NCBI GenBank assembly: GCA_022565015.1
Contig: JADFKI010000001.1
Location: 1-40,355, forward strand
Reading direction: 5' to 3'
Source of the DNA: Chloroflexota bacterium
GTDB taxonomy: Bacteria > Chloroflexota > Dehalococcoidia > Lucifugimonadales > JADFKI01
Length of the DNA: 40,355 nt
A program made the position numbers and the translations under genes. The notes below the pieces were generated by a model that was not told the DNA's origin, did no database searches, and was given only the letters and a program-made list of their open reading frames with translations. This document shows, one piece after another, positions 10,035-18,610 of this stretch. Each line of letters opens with the position of its first letter. Position 1 is the first letter of the stretch.

Positions 10035-11372
10035 CTAAAGCACCGGGAGATAGCGTTGTAACTCATAATTTGTGACATGGGAGTGGTAGCTTTCCCACTC
10101 GATCTTCTTATTCTCGATAAAGCTCCTAAAGACCTGGTCTCCCAGCGACTGCCGCACGAGCTCGCTGCTCTCGGCGACCTGGATCGCCTCCCAGAGGTTG
10201 CGGGGGAGAGCCTCGATTCCCTGCGAATCTCTCTCTTCCTGGCTCATCTGGTGGACGTTCTCCTCAACGGGAGGCGGGAGCTCGTATTTCTCCTCGATTC
10301 CCTGCAGGCCCGCGGCCAGCATTACGCTGAAGGCGAGGTAGGGATTGCAGGCGGGATCGGGCGCCCTGTATTCGATTCTTCGAGATGCCTCGCGCCCAGG
10401 CTTGTACGCCGGCACGCGAATGAGGTCCGACCGGTTGACCATCGCCCATGATACGTAGGTCGGCGCCTCAAATCTGGGGACCAGCCTCTTGTACGAGTTG
10501 ACCCACTGGTTCGTGACGGCCGTTATCTCTCTGGCGTGACGCATGAGGCCCGAGATAAAGTATTTTGCCACCCTTGAAAGGTGATAGGCATCGTCGGCGT
10601 CGTAGAATACGTTCCTGTCGCCCTTGAAGAGCGACTGGTGCGTATGCATGCCGTTTCCGTTGATGTCCGGGTCCGGCTTGGGCATGAACGATGCAAAGTA
10701 GCCGTGCTGTTGGGCCACCTCTTTCACGACCAGCCGGTAAGTCATAACGGTATCCGCCATGGTCAGGGCGTCGGTATGTCTCAGGTCGATCTCATGTTGG
10801 CTTGGCGCCACCTCATGATGGCTGGACTCTACCGGTATGCCAAGCTCCTCCAGCATGAGCACCGTCTCACGTCTCAGGTCCGTGGCAAGGTCCGTGGCGT
10901 CCTGGTCAAAGTAGCTGCCCTGGTCCAGGGGCTTCGTGCCCTTGGCGTCCTCGAAGTAGAAGTACTCCATCTCCGGCGCGACGTAGTAGGTGTAGCCCAG
11001 CTTGGAGGCGCGCTTCAGGTTCCGCCTGAGAACCGCCCTGGGATCGCCCTCGAAGGGCTCGTCGTCCGGAGTAATGATGTCGCAGAACATCCTGGCTACC
11101 GCGTTAGTGCGCGGTCTCCAGGGAAGTATGCTGAAGGTGTTGGGGTCAGGGAGGGCGTACAGGTCGCGCTCGTCCGACCTTATGAAGCCTTCGATCGCTG
11201 AGCCGTCGAACCCCATGCCCCGGGTCAGCGCGCCCTCCAGCTCTTCGACCGTGATGGCGAAGCCCTTCAGTTTCCCGAGAATGTCGGCGAACCACAGACG
11301 GATGAACTTGACGTCGTTCTCCCGCGCTTCGTGTAGGACGAATTCGATTGCTTCCGGGTCTCGGGCTAACAT
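10035..11372 (-). CDS. glnA: Glutamine synthetase type I
   Basis: 445 aa, with beta-grasp and catalytic regions (FDGSAIEGF, NGNGMHTHQSLF). There is no NLYDLP-type adenylylation tyrosine context; the equivalent stretch reads ENVHQMSQEE. Confidence 0.95.
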   Translation of the reverse strand: MLARDPEAIEFVLHEARENDVKFIRLWFADILGKLKGFAITVEELEGALTRGMGFDGSAIEGFIRSDERDLYALPDPNTFSILPWRPRTNAVARMFCDIITPDDEPFEGDPRAVLRRNLKRASKLGYTYYVAPEMEYFYFEDAKGTKPLDQGSYFDQDATDLATDLRRETVLMLEELGIPVESSHHEVAPSQHEIDLRHTDALTMADTVMTYRLVVKEVAQQHGYFASFMPKPDPDINGNGMHTHQSLFKGDRNVFYDADDAYHLSRVAKYFISGLMRHAREITAVTNQWVNSYKRLVPRFEAPTYVSWAMVNRSDLIRVPAYKPGREASRRIEYRAPDPACNPYLAFSVMLAAGLQGIEEKYELPPPVEENVHQMSQEERDSQGIEALPRNLWEAIQVAESSELVRQSLGDQVFRSFIENKKIEWESYHSHVTNYELQRYLPVL

Positions 11373-11525
11373 GACATCCGTTTCCAGATTACCTTGTTAT
11401 ACAGATATTGCCGATTGAAAAGTAGTGGACTGCTACCAGGAGTGGCGAAGAGGAGCGCAAGAGGCTTCCGAGACCTCTCATTTGCCCGCGACTGGACGCC
11501 GTGTCGACCGGCTGCGCTCTGACCG

Positions 11526-11554
11526 ACTATAGCAGTTTGTGAAAAAAGCGTCAA
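11526..11554 (-). promoter_or_regulatory. Sigma-70-like promoter of glnA
   Basis: The minus strand reads TTGACG (11554-11549), a 17-nt spacer, then TATAGT (11531-11526). This predicts a leader of about 145 nt. Confidence 0.5.
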
Positions 11555-11657
11555 ACATTTATTCCTATGCCATACGGTAGTTTGCATCGGCGTGGAAGGG
11601 CTCTCAAACAGAGTAGCCGGTTCATGTTGCTTATGGATGTCTCCCATCGATTTCGAC

Positions 11658-11705
11658 TAAAATAAAAAGGACTCCGCTTTCTAGCTCCCTCAAGCCGCGG
11701 CGTCC
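11658..11705 (-). terminator. Rho-independent terminator (minus strand)
   Basis: Arms ggactccgc (11669-11677) and gcggcgtcc (11697-11705) pair 8 of 9. On the minus strand the stem is followed by TTTTTATTTT. Confidence 0.5.
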
Positions 11706-11934
11706 CTTTTCTGATTAGCTCTGTAAGTGTCTTAAACGTCGAAGCGGAGGAAGACATTTACCGGATGAGTATGATTCCTCATCTCGTCTACCCCTCGCCT
11801 TCGCCTGTCGCCAAAGAGGCCCCTGTCAAAAGTGAAATTGTCGATTACTGTTGCCAACCCTCTGGATGCTGATGCCGTCCGCGCTACTTCCGTCTTACTA
11901 CTCATGCCCTGAATCGGGCCAGTCAAGGAGCAGC

Positions 11935-12036
11935 CTATTCCTTGGAGCGGTTCTTCCTCAAGCGGCTGGGGACTACGACCCATATCGCAAATAGCCCTAT
12001 GAACGCAACCGCGCCTAGTACCGCTTCAATTCCCAT
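11935..12036 (-). CDS. Candidate 33-aa single-pass membrane peptide, absent from the ORF track
   Basis: MGIEAVLGAVAFIGLFAIWVVVPSRLRKNRSKE: a hydrophobic core and a basic tail. GAGGGA lies 4 nt upstream of the ATG at 12036. A putative promoter sits at 12097-12125 and the terminator at 11658-11705. Confidence 0.3.
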   Translation of the reverse strand: MGIEAVLGAVAFIGLFAIWVVVPSRLRKNRSKE

Positions 12037-12701
12037 TTATCCCTCTGGCCTCCGAGATGTTGCCGACAAGCGCAGGCGAAACCTGGCGCCTTTTTGTTTC
12101 TACTTTTGACATTCTGGACTGTCAATGTTTCCCGGGTATTTCCTAATTGTTAACTTTTTGTTACACATTGCCCCTGGCAGCGGCCCTAAATCAACGCCGT
12201 TACCGGATGGGTCCGCCCATCTGGATCGAGCACGTGTACGCATCAAGGGAATATGAGAGGGCCACCGCCAAGTTGCCGTGGCTCTTTCGAGCGATGCCTA
12301 CCGGAGGCGTAGCGGAGCTTCCATCGGGTTAGCTGGCTTTCGAGTACATGTCAGGCTGTGCTGGCCCGGCGTCATCACTCGCATCGCCATTGCCCTTGCC
12401 AATCCGCCTGAGGGAGGAATTATTCAACAAAGGCATAGAATTGCAAGCACCCTTCCGCAACGCTTCACATGACCTCTGGCCAACTCGAAGCACCCTGCCA
12501 AGCCGCATACGCCATCCAAGTCAGCGTCATAGGTGATGTGCTTGAGCAGGTGTTGCCACAGGCGGATTCCTTCAGTTTCCACAGGTTGGTGGCTTGGCGC
12601 ACGAAAGTGGTGAGATAAGTGTTTCTAACCCCATTTGAGGTGTTATGGCCTGGACTTTCAACCTATTCTTAAACAAATCAAAAACTCGCACATCGGGATA
12701 G

Positions 12702-13604
12702 TCAGTCGGTCCTGTTGACGAAGGCCCTTAAGGCGTCGAAGTACGGCGCGCCACCGACGGCGTAGGTGTCGTTGTGTCCCGCGCCCCTTATCGCGTAAAA
12801 GGCCTTGGGCTCGTTTGCCGCTTCAAACAGCTCGCGCGCCATCTCTATAGGTATCATATAGTCCTGGTCGCCGTGCAACACCATGACGGGCGTGTGCACC
12901 TGTCCTATCTTGGCGAGGGCGTCGAAGCGGCTCTGCACTATTAGACCCAGAGGCACGACCTTCGACACGACGGGATGCAGCTTATGGGCCATCTCTTGAA
13001 TAGACGTGAACGGCGACTCCAGCACCAGCGCTCGAGGGGGATAGCGCGTCGCAAGCTCGACCGCCACGGCTGCGCCCAGCGAGCGCCCGAAGTAGACGAT
13101 GCCTTCGTCGGCCTCGAGCCCGGTGCGCGCCTTCGTGTAATCCAGCGCCGCCTCGGCATCCAGATACAAGCCTTGTTCAGACGGTGTGCCCTCGCTGTTA
13201 CCGTAGCCGCGATAGTCGAAAAGGAACACGCTGACTCTGAGCTGCTCACGCATTAGCACGAGGTTTTCGACACGATGCCCGATATTGCCCGCGTTGCCGT
13301 GAAACCAGATGATAACCCGCTTGCCGTCTCCGGGAACAAACCAGCCGTGTAGCTTTACGCCGTCGGAGGTCGTAATGGTCACGTCTTCGTAGACGAGCCC
13401 GGCGTCGCCCGGCGTGGACCTCACCTCTCTATCCGGGAAGAACACGAGCTGTTTATCGAGCAATTTCGTCTGCCTCGCTCCCAGGGCCAACAGCACGAGC
13501 AGGCCTGCAATCAGCAGGACGGACCGTGCGACGGCCAGCAATCGACGCATCAGAGAGCGGCCGAGTAGCTGCTTGGTGACCCTGTTTGGTCTCATCCACG
13601 TCAT
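12702..13604 (-). CDS. Alpha/beta hydrolase with an N-terminal membrane anchor
   Basis: GRSLGA nucleophile elbow, HGDQD and GAGHND triad contexts, and the hydrophobic segment LLIAGLLVLLALGA near the N-terminus. Confidence 0.85.
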   Translation of the reverse strand: MTWMRPNRVTKQLLGRSLMRRLLAVARSVLLIAGLLVLLALGARQTKLLDKQLVFFPDREVRSTPGDAGLVYEDVTITTSDGVKLHGWFVPGDGKRVIIWFHGNAGNIGHRVENLVLMREQLRVSVFLFDYRGYGNSEGTPSEQGLYLDAEAALDYTKARTGLEADEGIVYFGRSLGAAVAVELATRYPPRALVLESPFTSIQEMAHKLHPVVSKVVPLGLIVQSRFDALAKIGQVHTPVMVLHGDQDYMIPIEMARELFEAANEPKAFYAIRGAGHNDTYAVGGAPYFDALRAFVNRTD

Positions 13605-13814
13605 CTTACCAAGGGTGCCATCCGCAGTACACGGAGTATTCGCCGCGTTAAAAGAAAATCCTCACACATTTCTCATAACCCCCCGCACTTTGCTCATGCC
13701 TTATTCACGTAAAATAAGAGATATTCAGGGTGATCCAGAATCGGAGCGGGAATCTCCCGTGAAAATCCGTGCACCCGGATGAAGCCGTCCGACCTCGAAT
13801 CTGGGTGCTGAAAG

Positions 13815-14870
13815 GTGGTCACCGTGGTAGGAGGCGGAAGGTTGAAGAAATTTCTTGTTCCCTTAGACGGCAGCGAGTTTTCCCAGTGCGTGCTTCCCCT
13901 GGTGGCGCACATGGCACGAAGACTGGGAGCCAGTATCACCTTGCTCTGCGTTATCGACCCCGACGCGGTAGACGTGCAGAGGATAACGGGATGGAATGGC
14001 TCCAGCACGGACATTACCATGGGCGGCGCGGCGCCGGAGACCTTGAGGGCCAGGCCAGTGTTCAGCAAGGACCCGCCGCGAAACCCGCACGCCAGTGGCG
14101 CCGTAGTCAGGCCGTACGCCTCCCAGGTATTCGAAGGCGTGCAGGGAGCAGTCAAGGAGTGGTTTGCCAAGGAAACCAGGCGTCTGGGAATTGAGGACAT
14201 CGCTACCTCTCGGGTCGAGTTCGGGAAGATCGAGGAAACGATCGTCAAGGTAGCCGAAAGGGAAGGCTTCGATCTCATCGCCATGACTACTCACGGACGA
14301 ACGCCCCTGGGCCGAGGCATATGGGGCAGCGTGGCCGACAAGGTCATCCGCACGAGCAGCGTCCCCGTACTGGCCGTCAAGTCGGACGACGACCCGGCCA
14401 AGATGCCGGAAGACGTAACCATGCGCACGGTGATCGTGCCCCTGGACGGGTCCGACTTAGCCGAGCAGGTGCTTCCTCAAATAGAGTGGCTGGCTCGAAG
14501 CTTGGCTCTAAAGGTGTTGCTTGTCCGTGCGGTTGATATGGGGGCTTTCGTCATGCCGACGAACGGCTACCACTTCATCAGCACTATTTCCCTGGACGAG
14601 GTCCTCGGCAAAGAGGCCGAGGAGTATCTGGAGGGTGTAGCCAACAGACTCCGCAGCAAAGGTCTCGATATCGCATGGCGCGTTGTCTGGGGCAACGCGG
14701 CCAGGGCCATAGTAGACTTCGCCAGGGAGACCGACGCGGACATGGTCGCAATGGCCACGCACGCCCGGTCCGGCCTGCCTCGCCTCATTATCGGCAGCGT
14801 GTCCGAAAAAGTGGTCCGGTCTTCCGGAGAACCGGTGCTCATCGTTCCGCCTCTCCAGCAGGCCGCATGA
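13815..14870 (+). CDS. Tandem universal stress protein (two UspA domains)
   Basis: Two copies of the USP C-terminal motif (MTTHGRTPLGRGIWGSVADKVIRTSSVPVLAV and MATHARSGLPRLIIGSVSEKVVRSSGEPVLIV). The real start is possibly TTG 13842, which has GGAGG upstream. Confidence 0.85.
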   Translation: MVTVVGGGRLKKFLVPLDGSEFSQCVLPLVAHMARRLGASITLLCVIDPDAVDVQRITGWNGSSTDITMGGAAPETLRARPVFSKDPPRNPHASGAVVRPYASQVFEGVQGAVKEWFAKETRRLGIEDIATSRVEFGKIEETIVKVAEREGFDLIAMTTHGRTPLGRGIWGSVADKVIRTSSVPVLAVKSDDDPAKMPEDVTMRTVIVPLDGSDLAEQVLPQIEWLARSLALKVLLVRAVDMGAFVMPTNGYHFISTISLDEVLGKEAEEYLEGVANRLRSKGLDIAWRVVWGNAARAIVDFARETDADMVAMATHARSGLPRLIIGSVSEKVVRSSGEPVLIVPPLQQAA

Positions 14871-15090
14871 GACGTCGATGTGTCTATGGATGATTTGTCG
14901 TCCCCATCGGCAAATGTTGGTCAATTGGGAGATGCGACCATGAATGCGGCCTTTAACGGGTGAGGACTGCGGCGGAATCATTACCCGACGCGACTTCCTC
15001 ACGCTCCTGTCCAGTCAGCCCAGCTCGGCGCAGCTTTGGACTCCCTCCCCCCGGTGAGCCCAATCGCTAAGACCTGCGCCGTATCTCACG

Positions 15091-15128
15091 AGGGGCCGCA
15101 TCCAGCCGCGGCCCCTTGGCTTTTCCTC
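15091..15128 (+). terminator. Rho-independent terminator
   Basis: aggggccgc (15091-15099) and gcggcccct (15108-15116), followed by tggctttt. Confidence 0.55.
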
Positions 15129-15149
15129 ACGTAGCGTCCCCACTACTCC

Positions 15150-15158
15150 TGTTATAAT
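15150..15158 (+). promoter_or_regulatory. Extended -10 promoter element (TGTTATAAT)
   Basis: TGn plus TATAAT at 15150-15158, about 35 nt upstream of the SDR start codon. No good -35 element. Confidence 0.4.
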
Positions 15159-15193
15159 CAGCCTCGCGAACGGAGAGCCATGGGAGAGTCACC

Positions 15194-15964
15194 ATGAGAC
15201 TAGAGGGCAAAGTGGCCTTGATAAGCGGAGCGGCGGCGGGCCTACGCCGCGAGCTGATGGGCTTCGGCGGCGCGTCGGCCTGGATGTTCCTGCGCGAGGG
15301 CGCCAGGGTGATGCTCGGCGACATCAACGAAGAGCTGGGCGAGAGGTCGGCGTCCCAGATGCGCGACGAGGGCTACGACGCGAGGTTCGTCAGGCTCGAC
15401 GTTACTCAAGAGCAGGACTGGATCGATGCCGTCAAGGCGACCGTGGATGCCTTCGGCAAGCTCGATGTCCTGGTGAACAACGCGGGCACCGGGGCGCAGC
15501 AGAACGTCGAGGATACGACGGTCGAGATCTGGGACGGCCAGATGAACGTTCACGCCAAGGGCGCTTTCCTGGGCATGAAGCATGCCATACCGGAGATGCG
15601 TCGCGCAGGGGGCGGCTCTATCGTGAACATCTCTTCCATCAACGGCCTCGTCGGCAGCCCGACCTCCACGGCCTACCACGCCGCCAAGGCCGCCGTGCGC
15701 CTGCTGACGAAGAACGCCGCTATGCAGTACGCAGGGGAGAGCATTCGCGTGAACTCGGTCCACCCCGGCTACGCATGGACGCCGCTCACCGAGAAGAATT
15801 TCTCCATAAAGGAGCACCTCGACGAGCGCGTGGCACGGGTGCCCATGGGCAGGATTTGCGACGCCGACGAGATCGCCAACGGCATCCTGTACCTGGCTTC
15901 GGACGAATCGTCGTTCGTCACGGGCTCGGAGCTTGTCATCGACGGCGGCATGACGGCGCAATAG
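15194..15964 (+). CDS. SDR family oxidoreductase
   Basis: NNAG, the serine of ISSING, and YHAAK (YxxxK). The glycine-rich loop carries an apparent 7-residue insertion (see findings). Confidence 0.9.
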   Translation: MRLEGKVALISGAAAGLRRELMGFGGASAWMFLREGARVMLGDINEELGERSASQMRDEGYDARFVRLDVTQEQDWIDAVKATVDAFGKLDVLVNNAGTGAQQNVEDTTVEIWDGQMNVHAKGAFLGMKHAIPEMRRAGGGSIVNISSINGLVGSPTSTAYHAAKAAVRLLTKNAAMQYAGESIRVNSVHPGYAWTPLTEKNFSIKEHLDERVARVPMGRICDADEIANGILYLASDESSFVTGSELVIDGGMTAQ

Positions 15965-16063
15965 GCTTTTCGTTCAATACAAGCTAGGAGAAGGTCTGAG
16001 GCAAGAATACAGTCTATCGAATTTAGGTAGGAAAACTGATGACGATCAGAAGGACCAGGAATA

Positions 16064-16381
16064 ATGACGTCCGATAACGAAGACAGAACTTCTGATTCTG
16101 ACCCTAGATTAACCTTGTCTTACCCTGACAACGGGGAACTGTACGAGGATAGAGCAGCGCTTCGAAATGCAGTGAATTTCACGACGGCGCAGAGGGCATA
16201 CGTGTATTCTAGGAACCTGAAGGAGTTGGACACTCTTGGAGAGGAGGAGCTGTCCTTCCTAGCGGTAGAGAGCTTCCGCCAATACGTGGAAGCAACAGAG
16301 GATCTGCTGGGCTGGTTGTCTGCCCTAAGGGACTGGTATCCGGGCACAGCTGAAGGCTCCCTCTGCCCAGTGGGTGCTTGA
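16064..16381 (+). CDS. Hypothetical protein, 105 aa, in the lower-GC block
   Basis: Open frame only, with a weak SD. I recognise no motif. Confidence 0.4.
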   Translation: MTSDNEDRTSDSDPRLTLSYPDNGELYEDRAALRNAVNFTTAQRAYVYSRNLKELDTLGEEELSFLAVESFRQYVEATEDLLGWLSALRDWYPGTAEGSLCPVGA

Positions 16382-16475
16382 CACCCTCTCTTTGCCAAGT
16401 TGGAGAAACGATAAAAGTGCATTCATAGGATTTGATCTGCCGTGAGATCCATGGAAGTGGTCCCAAGGAGGCATA

Positions 16476-16997
16476 GTGAGATACTTGTTCAGCCTCGTTG
16501 CTCTTCTAGTTGGTCTTGCAGTAGGCAACTGGTTTCCTGACATCGACCAGAAGACAGGCTTGCTTTTGCATAGGTCAATTATCACCCACGGGCCGCTAGT
16601 CCCCCTTATCGTCTTCGCAGCCGCATCGGTCACTCGATCTATTCGGACCCGCTGGTTTGCGCTAGGCTTAACTCTCAGCTTCGCGATCCATCTTAGCTTC
16701 GATCTGTTCCCAAGAAGTTGGTCTGGCTTCGCACTAATCAGCGTACCAACATACGGCTGGACGACTTCGTGGTTCTCTGGGACTTGGATTGCCCTTAGCA
16801 TGGTCGCATGTACATACCTGGCCCTCAAGCTAGTGCGCGGGGCCCTTGATGGCAGCCTGTTCCTCTTGTCGTTGGTACTCGCGTTCGGCTTCATAGCTAT
16901 TAGCGAGGACGCGTTTTGGCGACCGGTCGTGGCACTGACGGCAGCCATCGCTATCCCGTTGACCCTGATCGTGAGGCGCGCCATCTCACACGACTAA
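16476..16997 (+). CDS. Membrane-bound metal-dependent hydrolase, YdjM/DUF457-like
   Basis: GTG start with AAGGAGG 4 nt upstream. FPDIDQKTGLLLHRSIITHG matches the PDID...HR..TH signature. Several hydrophobic segments. Confidence 0.65.
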   Translation: MRYLFSLVALLVGLAVGNWFPDIDQKTGLLLHRSIITHGPLVPLIVFAAASVTRSIRTRWFALGLTLSFAIHLSFDLFPRSWSGFALISVPTYGWTTSWFSGTWIALSMVACTYLALKLVRGALDGSLFLLSLVLAFGFIAISEDAFWRPVVALTAAIAIPLTLIVRRAISHD

Positions 16998-17476
16998 TGC
17001 CTCACCGTGCACCGCGAAGGCAGGAAGTCTATACAGACGCTCTTTCAAGTCTCCAGCTAATGGCCGATATGCGTTCACCCACGGCCTGCCGCTGTTCCGC
17101 TTCATGGACGATTCCAGCGCTATTTCGATTCCAGACGAGGCGTGGAACCCAAAATGATACTGGTAAACGAGGGTAACGAGTTCGTTGAATATCTCGGCGC
17201 GGCACACTACGCCGAGCAGATGCACTGAGTAGAATACTGAAAAGCACCAATACATTACGATTCAGCGTTGAGAAAACATTCTTCAACGAAGTTGCAATGG
17301 AGCCAAAGTTACGGAAGTTGGCGGGCTTGGGCTGAAGGGCTGGTGTAATGGGCCGAGTCCTGTGCATGCAGTCTGTGGCGGGTGGGCAAGACTGCCTGGT
17401 GGCACATATGGTGTATGCCTCTGGACAAGTAACGGACCCCAGGCACGAATAACAGGCTTCGTCGTAGAATAGAATC

Positions 17477-18316
17477 ATGATCGTAGACTTCCACACCCAC
17501 ATATTTCCTCCGTGGCTCATCGAGCAGCGAGAGCGATACCTCCAGCGCGACGCCACGTTTGCGGAGCTGTTCGCCGACCCCAAGGCGAAGATGGCGACGG
17601 CGGAGGACCTCGTCGAGGCGATGGACGAAGACGGAGTCGACAGGTCCGTCGCCATGGGCATCGGCTGGACCGATCAGGGCGTTGCGCGAGAGGTCAACGA
17701 CTACATCATCGAGTCGGTCAGGCGTTACCCCCAACGCATCGTCGGCTTCGGGGGCATAAGCCCTACGTGGGGCTCCGATGCGGTTCACGAGGCTGAGCGC
17801 TGCGCCGACGAGGGCCTACGAGGCATCGGCGAGCTCCACCCCGATTTGCAGGGCTACGATATCGGCGACGAGAGGACGATGGCGCCGCTGATGGAGCTGG
17901 CGCGTCGGCGCGGACTGATAGTAACCACGCACTCATCGGAGCCCGTCGGCCACACGTATGCGGGGAAGGGCGAGACCACGCCCGCGAAGCTGTGGCGGTT
18001 CGTCCGGAGCTTTCCCGACAACACCATCGTATGCGCCCACTGGGGCGGGGGCCTGCCCTTCTATGCGCTCATGCCCGAGGTGGCCGAAGGCCTCGCCAAC
18101 GTCTATTTCGACTCCGCGGCATCGCCGTTCCTGTACAGGCCCGAGGTGTTCGGCTCCGTGAAGGGTCTGATTGGCGCGGAGCATATCTTGATGGGAAGCG
18201 ACTTCCCGCTGCTGAGGGCCCGTCGGCTCTTGACGCAGGTCGAGGAGTCGGGACTGTCGGAAGACGATAAGGCGGCGATACTGGGCGGCAACGCGGAGAG
18301 GCTGCTTACGACCTAG
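17477..18316 (+). CDS. Amidohydrolase-2 (TIM-barrel metal-dependent hydrolase) family protein
   Basis: MIVDFHTHIFPPW (HxH metal site at the N-terminus), ...CAHWGGG..., ...MGSDFP. Confidence 0.85.
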   Translation: MIVDFHTHIFPPWLIEQRERYLQRDATFAELFADPKAKMATAEDLVEAMDEDGVDRSVAMGIGWTDQGVAREVNDYIIESVRRYPQRIVGFGGISPTWGSDAVHEAERCADEGLRGIGELHPDLQGYDIGDERTMAPLMELARRRGLIVTTHSSEPVGHTYAGKGETTPAKLWRFVRSFPDNTIVCAHWGGGLPFYALMPEVAEGLANVYFDSAASPFLYRPEVFGSVKGLIGAEHILMGSDFPLLRARRLLTQVEESGLSEDDKAAILGGNAERLLTT

Positions 18317-18417
18317 TCGGTCTCACGGCGGGGCGCTTGCCCGATGCGATAGGGGTCAAGCCCCGTGGGCAAGGCGACATCCTGAGCTAGAGAGCGGCTT
18401 CACCCTCATTGTGCAAC

Positions 18418-18468
18418 CTTCTCCCATCGAGGGAGAAGGGGCTATTATTTACCCCCTGGAAAGAGGGT
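18418..18468 (+). repeat. Hairpin-plus-tail repeat, copy 4
   Basis: cttctccc / atcga / gggagaag, followed by a longer spacer containing accccct, then AGAGGGT. Confidence 0.6.
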
Positions 18469-18517
18469 GACCATCGAATCTGAACGTATAAATCGCTATT
18501 GGACAATCCAACCTGTC

Positions 18518-18554
18518 CTCCCTCCCCTCGCGGGAGGGAGCTAGAGGGAGGGGG
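18518..18554 (+). repeat. Hairpin-plus-tail repeat, copy 5
   Basis: ctccctccc / ctcgc / gggagggag, then CTAGAGGGAGGGGG. Confidence 0.7.
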
Positions 18555-18575
18555 CGAACGGACACCCCCAGCCGG

Positions 18576-18610
18576 TCTCCCCCTTATGAAGGGGGAGATT
18601 TAGAGGGGGT
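18576..18610 (+). repeat. Hairpin-plus-tail repeat, copy 6
   Basis: tctccccc / ttatgaa / gggggaga, then ttt, then AGAGGGGGT. Confidence 0.75.

Noticed and set aside
11884-11894. The minus strand reads GACGGAAGUAG, an 11-mer matching the conserved core of the glutamine (glnA) riboswitch, close to glnA
   Set aside because: The P1 halves (CGUUC ... GAAGGAACG) do not flank it in the required order. CGUUCA and GAGGAAGAAC-like strings exist but both lie upstream of it. The site is also separated from glnA by a terminator and the glnA promoter. This is worth a cmscan, but I cannot support it by eye.
11732-11983. 83-aa minus-strand ORF inside the orphan transcription unit
   Set aside because: No SD, an Arg-rich low-complexity composition, and overlap with the better-supported 33-aa ORF. 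It cannot be excluded without Ribo-seq.
12105-12124. The palindrome TTGACA-N8-TGTCAA
   Set aside because: One arm is the -35 hexamer of the proposed minus-strand promoter. With only 6-bp arms I cannot distinguish an operator from chance.
12147-12536. Overlapping plus-strand ORFs of 61-64 aa in the spacer, including a ...SHDLWPT... string that briefly resembled a tyrosine-recombinase HDLRHT box
   Set aside because: The neighbouring recombinase motifs (LLGH, the catalytic Y) do not follow in any frame. There is no SD and no consistent frame. Most likely this is decayed or non-coding DNA.
12641-12660. The minus strand reads GAAAGUCCAGGCCAUAACA, reminiscent of the RNase P RNA P4 strand (GAAAGUCCGGGC)
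   Set aside because: The other universal RNase P blocks (ACAGAA..GGCUUA, AGUGCCACAGAAA, GGUAAGGGUGAAA) are absent or out of order in 12100-12700.
16986-17255. 89-aa minus-strand ORF downstream of the YdjM-like gene
   Set aside because: No SD and no motif. It begins right after an in-frame stop and overlaps the 3' end of the YdjM-like gene. Treated as doubtful and mentioned only under the lower-GC block.
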